A stretch of DNA of 64,000 nucleotides from Promethearchaeota archaeon (lineage in GTDB: Archaea; Asgardarchaeota; Lokiarchaeia; Sigyniarchaeales; SOKP01), in assembly GCA_048940925.1 (NCBI GenBank), contig JBHLOC010000003.1, forward strand, positions 96,001 through 160,000, in the 5' to 3' direction. The notes below the pieces were generated by a model. It saw only the letters and a list, made by a program, of their open reading frames with translations. It did not search any database and was not told the DNA's origin. The translations under genes were made by a program, and so were the position numbers. How positions within the stretch are numbered: position 1 is the stretch's first letter; the number at the start of each line of letters is the position of its first letter. Shown piece by piece: positions 32,441 to 43,100 of this stretch.

Positions 32441-34846
32441 TCAAATGAAGCATAATAAATCTTTCTGAATAGATTTTTTGTCATAATCTAAAGTCAGCAA
32501 TTCCTCAAGTTCAGGGAATTCAAAAGGGAAAATGTTTTCAAAGGCTCTTTTTAGCAGTTCGACATATTTTCTTCTGTCATATTCATGCTTGTTATCATTA
32601 TACAAATCTGAAAGGACAATCTTTTTCTCAGGAAAATCAGGATTGGCATCGGCGTTAAGAATGATATATCTCACACTTTTTCCAGCCGAAGCTACTATTC
32701 CTGACCGCTCTAGTTGCTTTGCAGCAACAGCTTGATATGAGTTAACTTTGTATTGATTTGGTCTACGGGATATCCTTTGACGAATCGTAAGTTCCTCTCT
32801 TGATATCTTTCCGGAATAGATTCTTTCTACATATTCATAGAGCTTTTTCTTAGCATCAGGTACTCTTTTGAGGAACTCTTCAACAGTTTCTGCTCCTTGA
32901 AAACTGTCAATAAAGGCATACTGCGCATCTTTTACAATTTTTGGCATATCTCTACGCCTTACTTCGATCCCCCTGACTTTTGTTTCTCCATTACTCTTTA
33001 TCCCCCAGTAGTGACTGAGAGCAGGAACATCTGGCTCAGCCCTAGAAGGAAGAAAGACAATCACATTGTATCTTCCTTCCCAGTTCATGGGAATACTGGT
33101 GTGTTCAGTGATTTCATTCGCAATTTTTTTTGTTATTTCATCGAACTCTTTTGGAGCTCGGCTTTGTGTGTCCTTGAGCCATATCGAGTCTACAATTCCA
33201 TGAACTATTCGACACCCATGCTGTTCGGCTATTTCTGCAGCTCGCATTAGGAATTCACGTGCAAATGCACAGACCGTTTGATGTGCTTCTATCTTTCCAA
33301 AACGGGCGTTTTTAAATCCTAAATATCCAAAACTTACAACAAGTACCCATTTTAGTGCGGAGTCTGTGAACTTGTACCGAAGATCATCATGAGTTTTGTT
33401 GTATTCTTTATACTCAAGTCGTTTTCCTAAAGGCAGGCTAATCGATTTAGAAATAATGCCTTGTCTCTTGCTGCAAATATGGAAATTAAGTCCAGGCACC
33501 TTAATCCCAGTTCCATCATCGTTACAGCAGCTACAGTTGATGGTTTCAGAAGAGATATTGTATTTCGCCATCAGTGAAGGATACATTGAAGAAAAGTCAA
33601 GTTCTACCACTTGATCAAACACCCCAATTATTGGTTCAAAGATATGCCCTCCCCGATCGCCTCTAATTAAATCCATGCCATTTCTAAATCCCTCAGGACT
33701 TTTTTTGAAAGGAGGTACGAGATGATCAAGTTTGTAAGCATTGTAAAATTGAATGGATTGTAAAGCGCCTCCTATTGTAACTCTACATAACCTTTGCATA
33801 GGTATACGAGAAATACGAGCGACTTCAATCACCCCTGGGATATTACCGTCACTGAAATGTAGACTAGCGTAAGTTGCAGTATCTAGATGAAATCGCCCGG
33901 TGAAATACACCTGGGTTTTTGAGCGTCGGAAGATTATACCATATGACATATAATGGTCAGAACTTCCTGAAAGATCAAAAATGCAGTTTCTAAGTGGTGT
34001 TTTATTCCTTGAAAAAAAAAGATCCTTTGAAACACGATTCACAGATGCTCTGGCAGCCAGATATGGAAATAAAAACTCATCTCCATTATGAGTAAGAATA
34101 ATATCAGGATCAAGCCGTTCAATCACATTACTAATTTTTTTCAAAGTTTCTGCCTCATCTGCTTCGTCAATTAAAGTTTTTTGCTTCTTATACCCATCCG
34201 CTCGTGGCACGTTGTTTTCATCATTTTCCACGATGCTGACTTCGGCATATTCAAGAATGTCATTGAAATAGGGGCGTATTCCCTGCTGTCGTATTGTAAT
34301 GTCTAGCCAAACAGCCCTCAAGGGAGGTAAATTGTAGAATAGTTCTTCATTGTCATCTTTCAATTCCAACGAGACTAATTTCATCACTTCTTTATTTCTT
34401 TTCTTTGTTATCTCTGTTTTTACCTTGAAACTACAATAAGACATTGGAAATAAGTCATTTACGTAGAAATACATCTGGGAGAGAGGAAGATCAGTGTTAT
34501 ATAATGTAAAAAGTCCTATTTCATCGATTTCCTTAACTGTTTTTTTAAAAACTGAAGGTTTTACTACAGAAACACCAAATATTTTTGTTTTTTTGTGATC
34601 CTCGAGTTTTACATACTTTTCACAAATTCGCACATCTTTTATATTGTTATGTGACTTGAGAATTTGCTTCAACCTTTTAAAATCCTTACCAGTATGTTTT
34701 CTCGGGACAGCAAAGAATTCGGGACAAAATTCTTGAAAAACATTAATAACTTTTTGCTCCTTTATTGTTTTCACCCAAAGAATAACTCCTGTACTACAAG
34801 TAGAAACATCCAAAAGCCAGCCATCAAATTGCTCGTGATAATCCAA
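32441..34846 (-). CDS. polB2: Family B DNA polymerase of the PolB2 (Dpo2) group
   Basis: Motif A DFSSMYPS, motif B KWVLVVSFGYLG, motif C HGIVDS instead of YGDTDS (diagnostic for PolB2); degenerate exonuclease motifs. Confidence 0.92.
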   Translation of the reverse strand: MDYHEQFDGWLLDVSTCSTGVILWVKTIKEQKVINVFQEFCPEFFAVPRKHTGKDFKRLKQILKSHNNIKDVRICEKYVKLEDHKKTKIFGVSVVKPSVFKKTVKEIDEIGLFTLYNTDLPLSQMYFYVNDLFPMSYCSFKVKTEITKKRNKEVMKLVSLELKDDNEELFYNLPPLRAVWLDITIRQQGIRPYFNDILEYAEVSIVENDENNVPRADGYKKQKTLIDEADEAETLKKISNVIERLDPDIILTHNGDEFLFPYLAARASVNRVSKDLFFSRNKTPLRNCIFDLSGSSDHYMSYGIIFRRSKTQVYFTGRFHLDTATYASLHFSDGNIPGVIEVARISRIPMQRLCRVTIGGALQSIQFYNAYKLDHLVPPFKKSPEGFRNGMDLIRGDRGGHIFEPIIGVFDQVVELDFSSMYPSLMAKYNISSETINCSCCNDDGTGIKVPGLNFHICSKRQGIISKSISLPLGKRLEYKEYNKTHDDLRYKFTDSALKWVLVVSFGYLGFKNARFGKIEAHQTVCAFAREFLMRAAEIAEQHGCRIVHGIVDSIWLKDTQSRAPKEFDEITKKIANEITEHTSIPMNWEGRYNVIVFLPSRAEPDVPALSHYWGIKSNGETKVRGIEVRRRDMPKIVKDAQYAFIDSFQGAETVEEFLKRVPDAKKKLYEYVERIYSGKISREELTIRQRISRRPNQYKVNSYQAVAAKQLERSGIVASAGKSVRYIILNADANPDFPEKKIVLSDLYNDNKHEYDRRKYVELLKRAFENIFPFEFPELEELLTLDYDKKSIQKDLLCFI

Positions 34847-34847
34847 T

Positions 34848-35120
34848 TTAATCTTTTCCTTTAATAGTTTCTTCTAATTCGTCTACCTTTTTCTCCAATA
34901 TCATAATCTTTTTCTCTTGCTCAATCGCAAAAGAAATAAAAAGAATTTCGGAAAGCATAGGACGAGCACTCAGGCTCCCCGCATCAGCATGATTTCGCGC
35001 AAAATTCATCAATCTGTCAAAAACTTTTTGTTCTTCTGGACGAAGTGCTCTTTTAAAATCTTTCCAACTTTCAATTTCGTGTTCCAACGCAGGTCTAAAA
35101 GAAGGAACTGTCCTACCCAT
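34848..35120 (-). CDS. Small helical PolB2-associated protein (arCOG07300-like)
   Basis: MGRTVPSFR...W..FKRALR.E....FD.L signature; stop codon 1 nt from the polB2 start. ATG at 35120 preferred. Confidence 0.8.
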   Translation of the reverse strand: MGRTVPSFRPALEHEIESWKDFKRALRPEEQKVFDRLMNFARNHADAGSLSARPMLSEILFISFAIEQEKKIMILEKKVDELEETIKGKD

Positions 35121-35132
35121 AATAATAACCAC

Positions 35133-35180
35133 ATGAAGTAATTTTCTGAGAGATTTAAAAGAAAATACATTGACAATTTT
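35133..35180 (-). promoter_or_regulatory. Promoter of the small-protein/polB2 operon: upstream box, TATA and conserved downstream element
   Basis: Minus strand AAAATTGTCAATGTAT-N23 (contains TTTTAAAT)-TTACTTCAT; same layout at 43851-43898. Confidence 0.7.
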
Positions 35181-35299
35181 TCGATTTTTGTTTTGAAACT
35201 CAATTCTTTGAAAAATGCTTGTTATTGTCTATAAGCGGTATCAAATATTATAAAGCTATTTTACGAAATTTTTTAATTTCCTTTAATTTAATTAATATT

Positions 35300-37891
35300 A
35301 TGTTCATTTTTTTTGATAATTTAATTAGTTCCGAAGATAAGGAACAACAAGCATTTTTAATTCCAGAACCTCGCTACGTCAAATTGACAAATTTTAAAAA
35401 AATGAAGTTTAATGAACAGACAAAACTATTCACCAATTTGAAAGAAGAATATTCCTTTATAATTGAACAACTTCAAGAAAAGTTAGAATTTTTTGGATTG
35501 AATGCGAATTTAGAAACCCATAGAAGTCAGGAAATTAATGATTTTTCAGTTATTGAGTCATATTTAGAAGAAATAAAACACAAATTTCCAGACGATCTTT
35601 ATAATTTGATTAAAAGTGAAAAGAACTTTATTGAACAAGGATATGTTTTAGTTGCTGAAGATAATAGGGTTTTAATTGAAGGATCTACTCCTCAAGGTTT
35701 ATTCTATGGAATTCAAACCCTACTCCAATTATTGAACTCAAGTCAAAATAAGATATCATTAAGCGAATTAAAGATAATTGATTATCCTGTTTTAGAAATT
35801 AGGGGTGTTTCAGACGATATTTCTCGGGGACAAGCACCTACTATTGATAATTTAAAGAAATTTATAAAAGAACTAAGTCACTACAAGATAAATCAATATT
35901 ATCTGGTTTACATGCAAGATATGTTTAAATTTACAAATTATCCTAAAATTGGAAAAGATAGAGGGGCTTATTCAAAAGAAGATATAATAGAATTGCATAA
36001 ATATGCAAAAAATTTCTTTATTGAAATCATCCCTATTTTTCAGACTACAGGTCATTGGGATAACATTTTACACCATCCTGATTACTGGAACTATGGTGAG
36101 TTTCCTGGATCCAATAGTTTAAATATTTCTAATGAAAAAATTTATGAGCTTTTAGATGAAATGATTGGTGAATTAAGTGAGGCTTTTAAATCAGAGTACT
36201 TTCACATTGGTGCTGATGAGAGTTGGGATGTCGGAAAAGTAGCTTCAAAGAAGTATGTTGAAGATATTAGCATTGAAATTGCATACCTAAATCATTATAA
36301 GAGAGTCTATGATATTGTCAAGAAATATGGATATAAAAAAGTCATCATTTATCATGATATTCTTTATAAATATAAAGATATTCTTGAAGGATTACCAAAA
36401 GACATGATAATTATGTATTGGAACTATAAAACTCAACAAGTACATCCAATATTAAAAGAAATAAAAAATTATAATTTTCCTGTAATTGTTAGCCCCACAA
36501 TAATGGATTTTAATCGAATTTTTCCTTCAATCGATAAATATGAAAAGAATATCCTAAATTTAATTAAATATGGTCATGAAAACGGAGTTATTGGAGAGAT
36601 AACTTCAAGTTGGGGAGATTTTCATAACAAGGAAATCAGAGAAAACAGATTTTATGGTTTTATATTTTCTGCTATAGTAGGATGGAATCCTTTAAAAGAA
36701 ATTAACATAATATATTTTTGGAAATGTTTGTTTATTCACTTTTTCGGAATATTAGATAATAGACTAATTCAAATTTTCAGTTTTATCCGTTCACTCCAAG
36801 ATAAACGAAAATTGCATTTAAGAGACACAGCATATTATAATCATTTTTTTGCACATCCTTATGCTAAAAAAACTAAAAGATATAAAAAAAATATTAAAAT
36901 TTCGGGTTTTAAAAAATTAATAGAGGAATTGGATGAAATTATTAAGAAATGTGAAGAGTTAGAAAATATTGTTCTTAAAAATAAGATTAACATTATAAAC
37001 CTTGCCTTTATAACAAAACATATAAAATTTTATTGTAAAAAAAGAATAAACACAAAATCTTTAGTTGAGTATATTCCAGTTAAAGAAGTTTATACCAATT
37101 ATAAAATTGCTGAAATTCAAGAGTTGAAAAATGAATTAATTTTATTATTAGATGAATACGAACATCTTTGGATAAATTGTGCGAAAAAAGTAGGACTTGA
37201 AACAATAAAAAGGCAATATTTATGGTTAATAAAGTTTTACGATGTTAAAGTTGAACAACTAAAAAAGCACGTTAGATGGGAAAATCCTTATATCCCCAGC
37301 GAGTTGATATATTTAGATTGTGAAGGAATGCACAAGCTCCATACCACATTTTATAAGAAAATAATAAATATTGATGGAGAAATAGAACATGCCCATTTAC
37401 AAGTTATAGCTGGAACGTTTGCTAAAATTTTAATAAATAATTCAGAAGTAGGTCATATTATTACTCGACATTCCCTTAATTTTGTTGTATTAGAAAATAA
37501 TATTAAAATTTTTGATATAAAAGAGTATCTAAAACAAGGTGAGAATCTAATATTAATTGAAAATATAGACTATATTGGTGGTTTCTCTCCAATAAATATC
37601 TATGGTGAAATTAATTTAACTACAGAGGAACGACTAATAATTAAAACAGATAAAACTTGGACAGCTACAAGAAAATTAAATGGGGAATGGAAAGAAGTGA
37701 AAAGTTTTGGCAGACCTCCAAAGGCTACTGGTGGTTTATCTTATCCTGATTTTAAAAATTCTCTACCTTCAAAAGGAGATGAGGGAGTGGCTTTAATAAA
37801 TACAATTGCTAGTAGGAGAGAAAAAAAAAAAAAATTTTGGAGGTTAAAATTAGTATATAAACTTTTTAACAGATTCGATATTTTAGAATAA
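35300..37891 (+). CDS. Glycoside hydrolase family 20 (beta-N-acetylhexosaminidase-like)
   Basis: [15 protein letters not shown]...RG, DISRG and catalytic FHIGADE motifs. ORF is open from 35219; first ATG at 35300. Confidence 0.88.
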   Translation: MFIFFDNLISSEDKEQQAFLIPEPRYVKLTNFKKMKFNEQTKLFTNLKEEYSFIIEQLQEKLEFFGLNANLETHRSQEINDFSVIESYLEEIKHKFPDDLYNLIKSEKNFIEQGYVLVAEDNRVLIEGSTPQGLFYGIQTLLQLLNSSQNKISLSELKIIDYPVLEIRGVSDDISRGQAPTIDNLKKFIKELSHYKINQYYLVYMQDMFKFTNYPKIGKDRGAYSKEDIIELHKYAKNFFIEIIPIFQTTGHWDNILHHPDYWNYGEFPGSNSLNISNEKIYELLDEMIGELSEAFKSEYFHIGADESWDVGKVASKKYVEDISIEIAYLNHYKRVYDIVKKYGYKKVIIYHDILYKYKDILEGLPKDMIIMYWNYKTQQVHPILKEIKNYNFPVIVSPTIMDFNRIFPSIDKYEKNILNLIKYGHENGVIGEITSSWGDFHNKEIRENRFYGFIFSAIVGWNPLKEINIIYFWKCLFIHFFGILDNRLIQIFSFIRSLQDKRKLHLRDTAYYNHFFAHPYAKKTKRYKKNIKISGFKKLIEELDEIIKKCEELENIVLKNKINIINLAFITKHIKFYCKKRINTKSLVEYIPVKEVYTNYKIAEIQELKNELILLLDEYEHLWINCAKKVGLETIKRQYLWLIKFYDVKVEQLKKHVRWENPYIPSELIYLDCEGMHKLHTTFYKKIINIDGEIEHAHLQVIAGTFAKILINNSEVGHIITRHSLNFVVLENNIKIFDIKEYLKQGENLILIENIDYIGGFSPINIYGEINLTTEERLIIKTDKTWTATRKLNGEWKEVKSFGRPPKATGGLSYPDFKNSLPSKGDEGVALINTIASRREKKKKFWRLKLVYKLFNRFDILE

Positions 37892-37904
37892 TTATTTAAC
37901 AATT

Positions 37905-38066
37905 TCATCTTATATTCTGTTTTATTTCTTTTCTCTTCCCTTTACATTTAGGGCATATAATTTCATCAAAATCTTCTAAATCACTTCTATAAACCCAAAT
38001 TTTTCCATTACCTTGACATACCTTACATATTTTCTTATCTCCTTTTGGAAAAACATAATAATTTAT
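37905..38066 (-). CDS. Small DnaJ-type zinc-finger protein (CxxCxGxG...CxxCxG), ATA start
   Basis: INYYVFPKGDKKICKVCQGNGKIWVYRSDLEDFDEIICPKCKGKRKEIKQNIR; SD GAGGTG about 8 nt upstream; in-frame stop two codons before the ATA. Confidence 0.7.
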   Translation of the reverse strand: MNYYVFPKGDKKICKVCQGNGKIWVYRSDLEDFDEIICPKCKGKRKEIKQNIR

Positions 38067-38342
38067 CTTTTAAACCACCTCTCCTAAACTTAAGAAATAT
38101 AATATTTTATATTATCATTAAGTATTACAATTCTAAAATTCAACAATTTAAGGGTATTCTACCTATTTAAATGTTTTCATAAAGTTTGAAATTTATAAAA
38201 AAATTATGAATAGTTAAGTTCTATTAAACAGTAAAAAAGTGAATAAATTATTCCAATTTTTTCATTATTACCAATAAAAAGGAAAAGAACGAGAAATTTT
38301 TGAATTTTTTTTTGCAAATTTATAATTTTTTGTAAATGTTAA

Positions 38343-39461
38343 TCACAATTTTTCTAAAGCTTCTAAAATTTCATCCTTTATTCTACCTTCACTTTCATCA
38401 AGAAATTCTTGTAAAGCTTTTTTAGCTTTTGAGCCACCAATGCGACCTAAAGCCCAGGCACACATACACTTAATTCTTTCATCATTATTATCATTGAAAG
38501 CTTGGATAAGGTCTGGAATATACTTTTGATCTAAGCTATTTCCCATTGCTCTTGCCACATTCATTTTCCATCTCCAAAGATCTGTTAATGGCATATAAAA
38601 CATGTGTTGCCAAATTTTAGTTCTATAAAATTTCTTATCCATATGGAGCAAACTCCGAAGGTCAAAATCTTTTTCCTTAGCAACTACTCTTTTGTTAATA
38701 GGCAAATCTTGAGCTAACCATGGTTTGTTTCGGGGACATACATTTTGACAATGGTCACACCCATAAACCCATAATCCCATTGGTTCACGAAGTTCTCTGG
38801 GGGTAAGATCTTCCCCTAAATATGTGAGATACGAAATACATTTGCGTGGATCTATTTTACGTGGACCTTTTAAGGCTCCGGTTGGGCAAGCACCAATACA
38901 TGCATTTTTACACCATTTTGGACATCCTATATCGTAAGTAGGTTCATCGGGGATAAATTCATAGTCTACTACAATAGGTATAGGCAAAATCCAAGAACCC
39001 CCACGAGCTACTTTATGTGAATAAAGTAAACAATTTTTTCCAAAGTTCCCTAACCCCGCACGGGCAGCTGCAACTCGTTCAGGTAGATTGGGGAGTATGA
39101 CCGAACTAATTCCATTATCTCGTAAATATTCACGAAAAGCTTTTATCTTTAAATATGATCCATCTCGAGTCATACGATAATCATCTAAATAACAACGACC
39201 AAAATATCCTTCTAATGAAGGAGGAAATGCTTCGTTAAAATAAGTCTCAATAAGCACGATTATTGATTTAGCATTAGGGTACATCTTCTTCGGGTCAGTA
39301 CCACTCATAAGGTCGATACCAGATGATAATAACCATGCATATTCTTCTCGTCGTGATTGTAATATCTCTAATTGTGATTCAAAAGGTTCAGCACTCGTAA
39401 ATCCTATATCCGCAAATCCAAGATCATATGCCTTATCAATGATTTGGTTTTTAGAAAGCAT
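38343..39461 (-). CDS. Epoxyqueuosine reductase (QueG)-like cobalamin/4Fe-4S protein
   Basis: ERVAAARAGLGNFGKN, CIGACPTGAL, CISYLT, YGCDHCQNVCP and a C-terminal HEAT-like AWALG. Confidence 0.82.
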   Translation of the reverse strand: MLSKNQIIDKAYDLGFADIGFTSAEPFESQLEILQSRREEYAWLLSSGIDLMSGTDPKKMYPNAKSIIVLIETYFNEAFPPSLEGYFGRCYLDDYRMTRDGSYLKIKAFREYLRDNGISSVILPNLPERVAAARAGLGNFGKNCLLYSHKVARGGSWILPIPIVVDYEFIPDEPTYDIGCPKWCKNACIGACPTGALKGPRKIDPRKCISYLTYLGEDLTPRELREPMGLWVYGCDHCQNVCPRNKPWLAQDLPINKRVVAKEKDFDLRSLLHMDKKFYRTKIWQHMFYMPLTDLWRWKMNVARAMGNSLDQKYIPDLIQAFNDNNDERIKCMCAWALGRIGGSKAKKALQEFLDESEGRIKDEILEALEKL

Positions 39462-39622
39462 AAATAAAATTATTTATAATTTTAATTTCTCTAAAAATAA
39501 GAATTAATATCAGAAATAATAATTGAACAAAAAATATTTTGATTTAAATTTTTAAGACTTTTATTTAAAAATTGGAAAGAATTAGAAAATAAGTTTAGAC
39601 GTTTTAAGAAAAGAAATCTCTT

Positions 39623-41680
39623 TTAAAATTGTGTTATTATAGCACAATGATCCGAGCTTATCGAGCAAAAAACCTCACTATTTTTTGGGTTTAAGTCAGG
39701 AGAACACATAATATAATCAATCCTTTTATGAGGATTATAATTGTCATCAAAGTCGCCTGTAAAACCAGGATCAGAATTTAGTAATCTATATGTGTCAGTA
39801 AAATTTAAGCTAGAGGTACTATTGATTAATAAATATTCTGTAGAATCGGGTTCAAGATTAAAATCACCCATCCATATTATTCTCTTGAAAGGTATTTCTT
39901 TCTCAATTTCATTAACAATGAAAGGGACTTGTACTAATCTGTCTTCTGAATTTGTTGATAAATGAGTGACAAATATAACCCAGATTGATGAATTTACTTG
40001 AATTTCAGCTCTTATTAAAGATCTTGGCCTTTCAGAAGGAATAGCTAGAGGTAAGCTAATGATTTTTGCTTCTAATATGGGATATTTGCTCAAAATAACA
40101 TCTCCATAATGTTTATAAAAAGTAAAGCCAAAAAAATAATACATATTAAGTTCATGGGCGATATATGATGGCATATCTATAAAAGAAGTTTTAAGTGCTC
40201 CTAAATCGACTTCATTTAGTCCTAATATGTCAGGATCATTTTCTTTGATATCTTGGATAAGACGATTAATCTGAAATGAGTCGTCAGCTCCGATAGCAGT
40301 ATGTATATTCCACATCATAAATTTAGGATTTGGGTTTTGAACAGGTGTAGATTTACGTTCTTGAACCAGAACTCCTATAAAAAAACCATAGATTATTAAA
40401 ACACATATAAGCATTATTCCCATGGTTTTATTCAAATTTTGAGAGTGCTCTTTCGGAGAAAGTGTTATTTTCTTAGTTTTTAATTCATAAATTGAAATTA
40501 CTAATACACCGACTACTATTTGAATTATTAGATTTGTCAATAATGACAAATATTCATACCATAGAATCTCTACATGAAGGATTATAAAAAACATATTTGT
40601 AAGAAAGAAGATTATTATTCCAATCAACAATTTTTTAGGGGAATCAAAGGTATAAAAATTAAATAAATACGATATATAAAATAGAATAGAAAAAACACTA
40701 ATTACTGTCATCAATGAAATATAAATTGAAGAAATTAAGGTAAGATCATTTTCAATAATGTAAAGCGCGAACACTGTTAAGATACAAGTAATTCCAATGA
40801 AAAAAATAACAATTTTCTTGACTAACTTTTGATTTAACGTAAATAAATACTTAAATATTATTATATAGCTCATAATTGCTGTAAGAAGTATCAATAAAAT
40901 ATAATATGTGAATCCATAAGTCGGCCATTGATTTAGGGAATCTGGGATTAAGTTGTTTATGCTCAGATTAATAATGTCATATGCTGAGAGTGCCATTGGA
41001 TTAAAGATCCACATAATTGAAAAAATAAATAGAATTCCCAAGATTATAAAGTGAAATAACGAGATGTTTGTTTTATCTGATTTAATAGGTTTTTTATCAA
41101 TATCAGAGATTAATTTCTCAAATCTATCAGGATAAAAAAGATAATTATTGATTACAAGTAATATTACCATAAAAATTAATATGGGAATTAATTTGCTGAC
41201 ATCTGAAGTTAGATTTGATGATATATTAATAGTTAAAAAGATAAATTGAATCCCCAATCCGATAATCACACTTCCTAAAAAGTGTGAATAATTTATGTAA
41301 GATTCACTTACTTCCATTAATAAAACAAAACCCATAAAGAAAATCAATATAGTAAATAGCATTATTAAATTAAGTACAAGAATTACACTGGGAGTAAGAA
41401 CAAACTGAGTACTTATTCGGACTCCAACAATAATGTAAGTTAAAATATACGGTTTATACTTCTTTTTAATTCTTGCTGACATAAAAAAGAAGTATTCAAA
41501 TATTATAAGCAGAATTGCAATTATTAATGTAGGTATTACAGTAATGATCTCTGAGAAGTTCATGAAAATGTAGGCATTAATATTTACTAGAACGTTATAA
41601 AAGCTTTCTATGAAAAGGTAAAAAATAATTCCAATAAGACAAATTGAACTGATCTTACCATATTTCTGCATTTTTCTCAA
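39623..41680 (-). CDS. Multi-TM protein with C-terminal endonuclease/exonuclease/phosphatase domain
   Basis: About 13 TM segments followed by WNIH, DILGLNE, ILSKYP, THL, GDFN, RIDYI and SDH motifs. Confidence 0.85.
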   Translation of the reverse strand: MRKMQKYGKISSICLIGIIFYLFIESFYNVLVNINAYIFMNFSEIITVIPTLIIAILLIIFEYFFFMSARIKKKYKPYILTYIIVGVRISTQFVLTPSVILVLNLIMLFTILIFFMGFVLLMEVSESYINYSHFLGSVIIGLGIQFIFLTINISSNLTSDVSKLIPILIFMVILLVINNYLFYPDRFEKLISDIDKKPIKSDKTNISLFHFIILGILFIFSIMWIFNPMALSAYDIINLSINNLIPDSLNQWPTYGFTYYILLILLTAIMSYIIIFKYLFTLNQKLVKKIVIFFIGITCILTVFALYIIENDLTLISSIYISLMTVISVFSILFYISYLFNFYTFDSPKKLLIGIIIFFLTNMFFIILHVEILWYEYLSLLTNLIIQIVVGVLVISIYELKTKKITLSPKEHSQNLNKTMGIMLICVLIIYGFFIGVLVQERKSTPVQNPNPKFMMWNIHTAIGADDSFQINRLIQDIKENDPDILGLNEVDLGALKTSFIDMPSYIAHELNMYYFFGFTFYKHYGDVILSKYPILEAKIISLPLAIPSERPRSLIRAEIQVNSSIWVIFVTHLSTNSEDRLVQVPFIVNEIEKEIPFKRIIWMGDFNLEPDSTEYLLINSTSSLNFTDTYRLLNSDPGFTGDFDDNYNPHKRIDYIMCSPDLNPKNSEVFCSISSDHCAIITQF

Positions 41681-41847
41681 ATGAATTATCGAATTGATTA
41701 ATATTAATTCAATCTGAAGATTTATAATGGTTTAGCTAATTTTATTCAAAAAAAATTAGAAGCGTTGATATATTTTAAAACTACTAAAATCTGTATTCTT
41801 TTTGAAAAATAAAATTTTTTATGTTCATATTTTATTAGTTATTTATT

Positions 41848-42582
41848 ATGGTTGAATTAAATATACTGTTAAATTTCATCGGAATGATCTTTGAAATCTT
41901 TATAATGATTTTCGCTGCAGTTCTTCTAATACTTATATCAAAAAAATATTTAATTAAACGTCATAAACTCACACGATTGCTTCTATTAATTTTTATTAAT
42001 TATTTTATAGCAATTGTTTTTTCTTGGATCTCAAAAGTTTTTGTTGTTTCACAGTTAACTGTAGAACAAGATGGCTCAATAGGTGCTTGGATATATAATG
42101 TGATATCAGATTTTAGATTAAGTGAATTCTTTGTTGTTATTGCTATTTTTCTATCTTATATATTGAAGGTAAATGTTTTTGAAAAAGGATATAATACTAT
42201 ACAGCGATATGTGGTGATAATTTATGGTATTTTCTCAGGTTTTTATGTATTAATCATCTATGAAAGCGGTAATACTTTATTGGATGTTTTTGCGTTCTTA
42301 ATTGTATTTTTATATATGGTTATGGTTTATGCTCCCTTTTTACGAAGAGCAATAGAATCTTATCGAGCAGTAGATGAAAAGACATATAAACAAGCATTTT
42401 TATCATTAGCAATAATGTCAGTTAGTTTTATGTTGATATTTCTCAATTTTGCGACTGATCGAGCATTAATCTTCTTAGGTAGCCCGGGATTTACAGTGTT
42501 TTATTTCTTAGCCTGGAGTTGCGCAATAATTGGAATTTTTGGAGCATATTATGGGTATATTAGACCAAAAGCAAGTGAATAA
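41848..42582 (+). CDS. Seven-transmembrane protein with no soluble output domain
   Basis: Seven hydrophobic segments in 244 aa. Confidence 0.75.
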   Translation: MVELNILLNFIGMIFEIFIMIFAAVLLILISKKYLIKRHKLTRLLLLIFINYFIAIVFSWISKVFVVSQLTVEQDGSIGAWIYNVISDFRLSEFFVVIAIFLSYILKVNVFEKGYNTIQRYVVIIYGIFSGFYVLIIYESGNTLLDVFAFLIVFLYMVMVYAPFLRRAIESYRAVDEKTYKQAFLSLAIMSVSFMLIFLNFATDRALIFLGSPGFTVFYFLAWSCAIIGIFGAYYGYIRPKASE

Positions 42583-42672
42583 TAAAATTAAATTTTTTAA
42601 AAACTAAACATTAAATAATTTTTATTTGTTTTTTCTTAATTATTTGTAAAGTCAATTGGAATATAATAAGCA

Positions 42673-43095
42673 GTGATACCTGTGGAAAAAATAATACAAG
42701 ATATTTGGATACTAAGTGATGCTGGCACTGTATTATATCACCGCGCTTCTGATAAGAAAGTAGATGATCAATTAATAGGGGCACTAATATCTGCATTGAA
42801 TCTGTTAGCAGAAGAATTAGAGCGCGGAGGTTTGTCTAGCTTCGAGTTACAAGATAAAAGATATATTATAATGAAACAGCATGGATTATCATTTATTGTA
42901 AATACTTCAAAAAAGGTTAAGGAAAAAAAGGTTAAAGAAGAGATGAGAAGTATCGTTAACAGATTCTTTGATATATATCCAAAAGAGATTTTTGAAAATT
43001 GGGATAATGATATAAGTATCTTTACTGACTTTGAAAAGCGTTTTGAAGATAATTTACAGGAAACTATAAAAAAATTTGAAAACGCCTTTTGGTGA
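42673..43095 (+). CDS. Longin-like domain protein
   Basis: IWILSDAGTVLY hairpin, DQLIGALISAL helix, three strands, then RFFDIY...F..FE; typical Asgard longin pattern. Confidence 0.75.
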   Translation: MIPVEKIIQDIWILSDAGTVLYHRASDKKVDDQLIGALISALNLLAEELERGGLSSFELQDKRYIIMKQHGLSFIVNTSKKVKEKKVKEEMRSIVNRFFDIYPKEIFENWDNDISIFTDFEKRFEDNLQETIKKFENAFW

Positions 43096-43100
43096 TAAAT

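Noticed and set aside
32441-34846. PolB as the replicative polymerase or a casposon/viral polymerase
   Set aside because: The HGIVDS motif and partner gene indicate PolB2; no Cas1, integrase, capsid gene or terminal repeats were seen.
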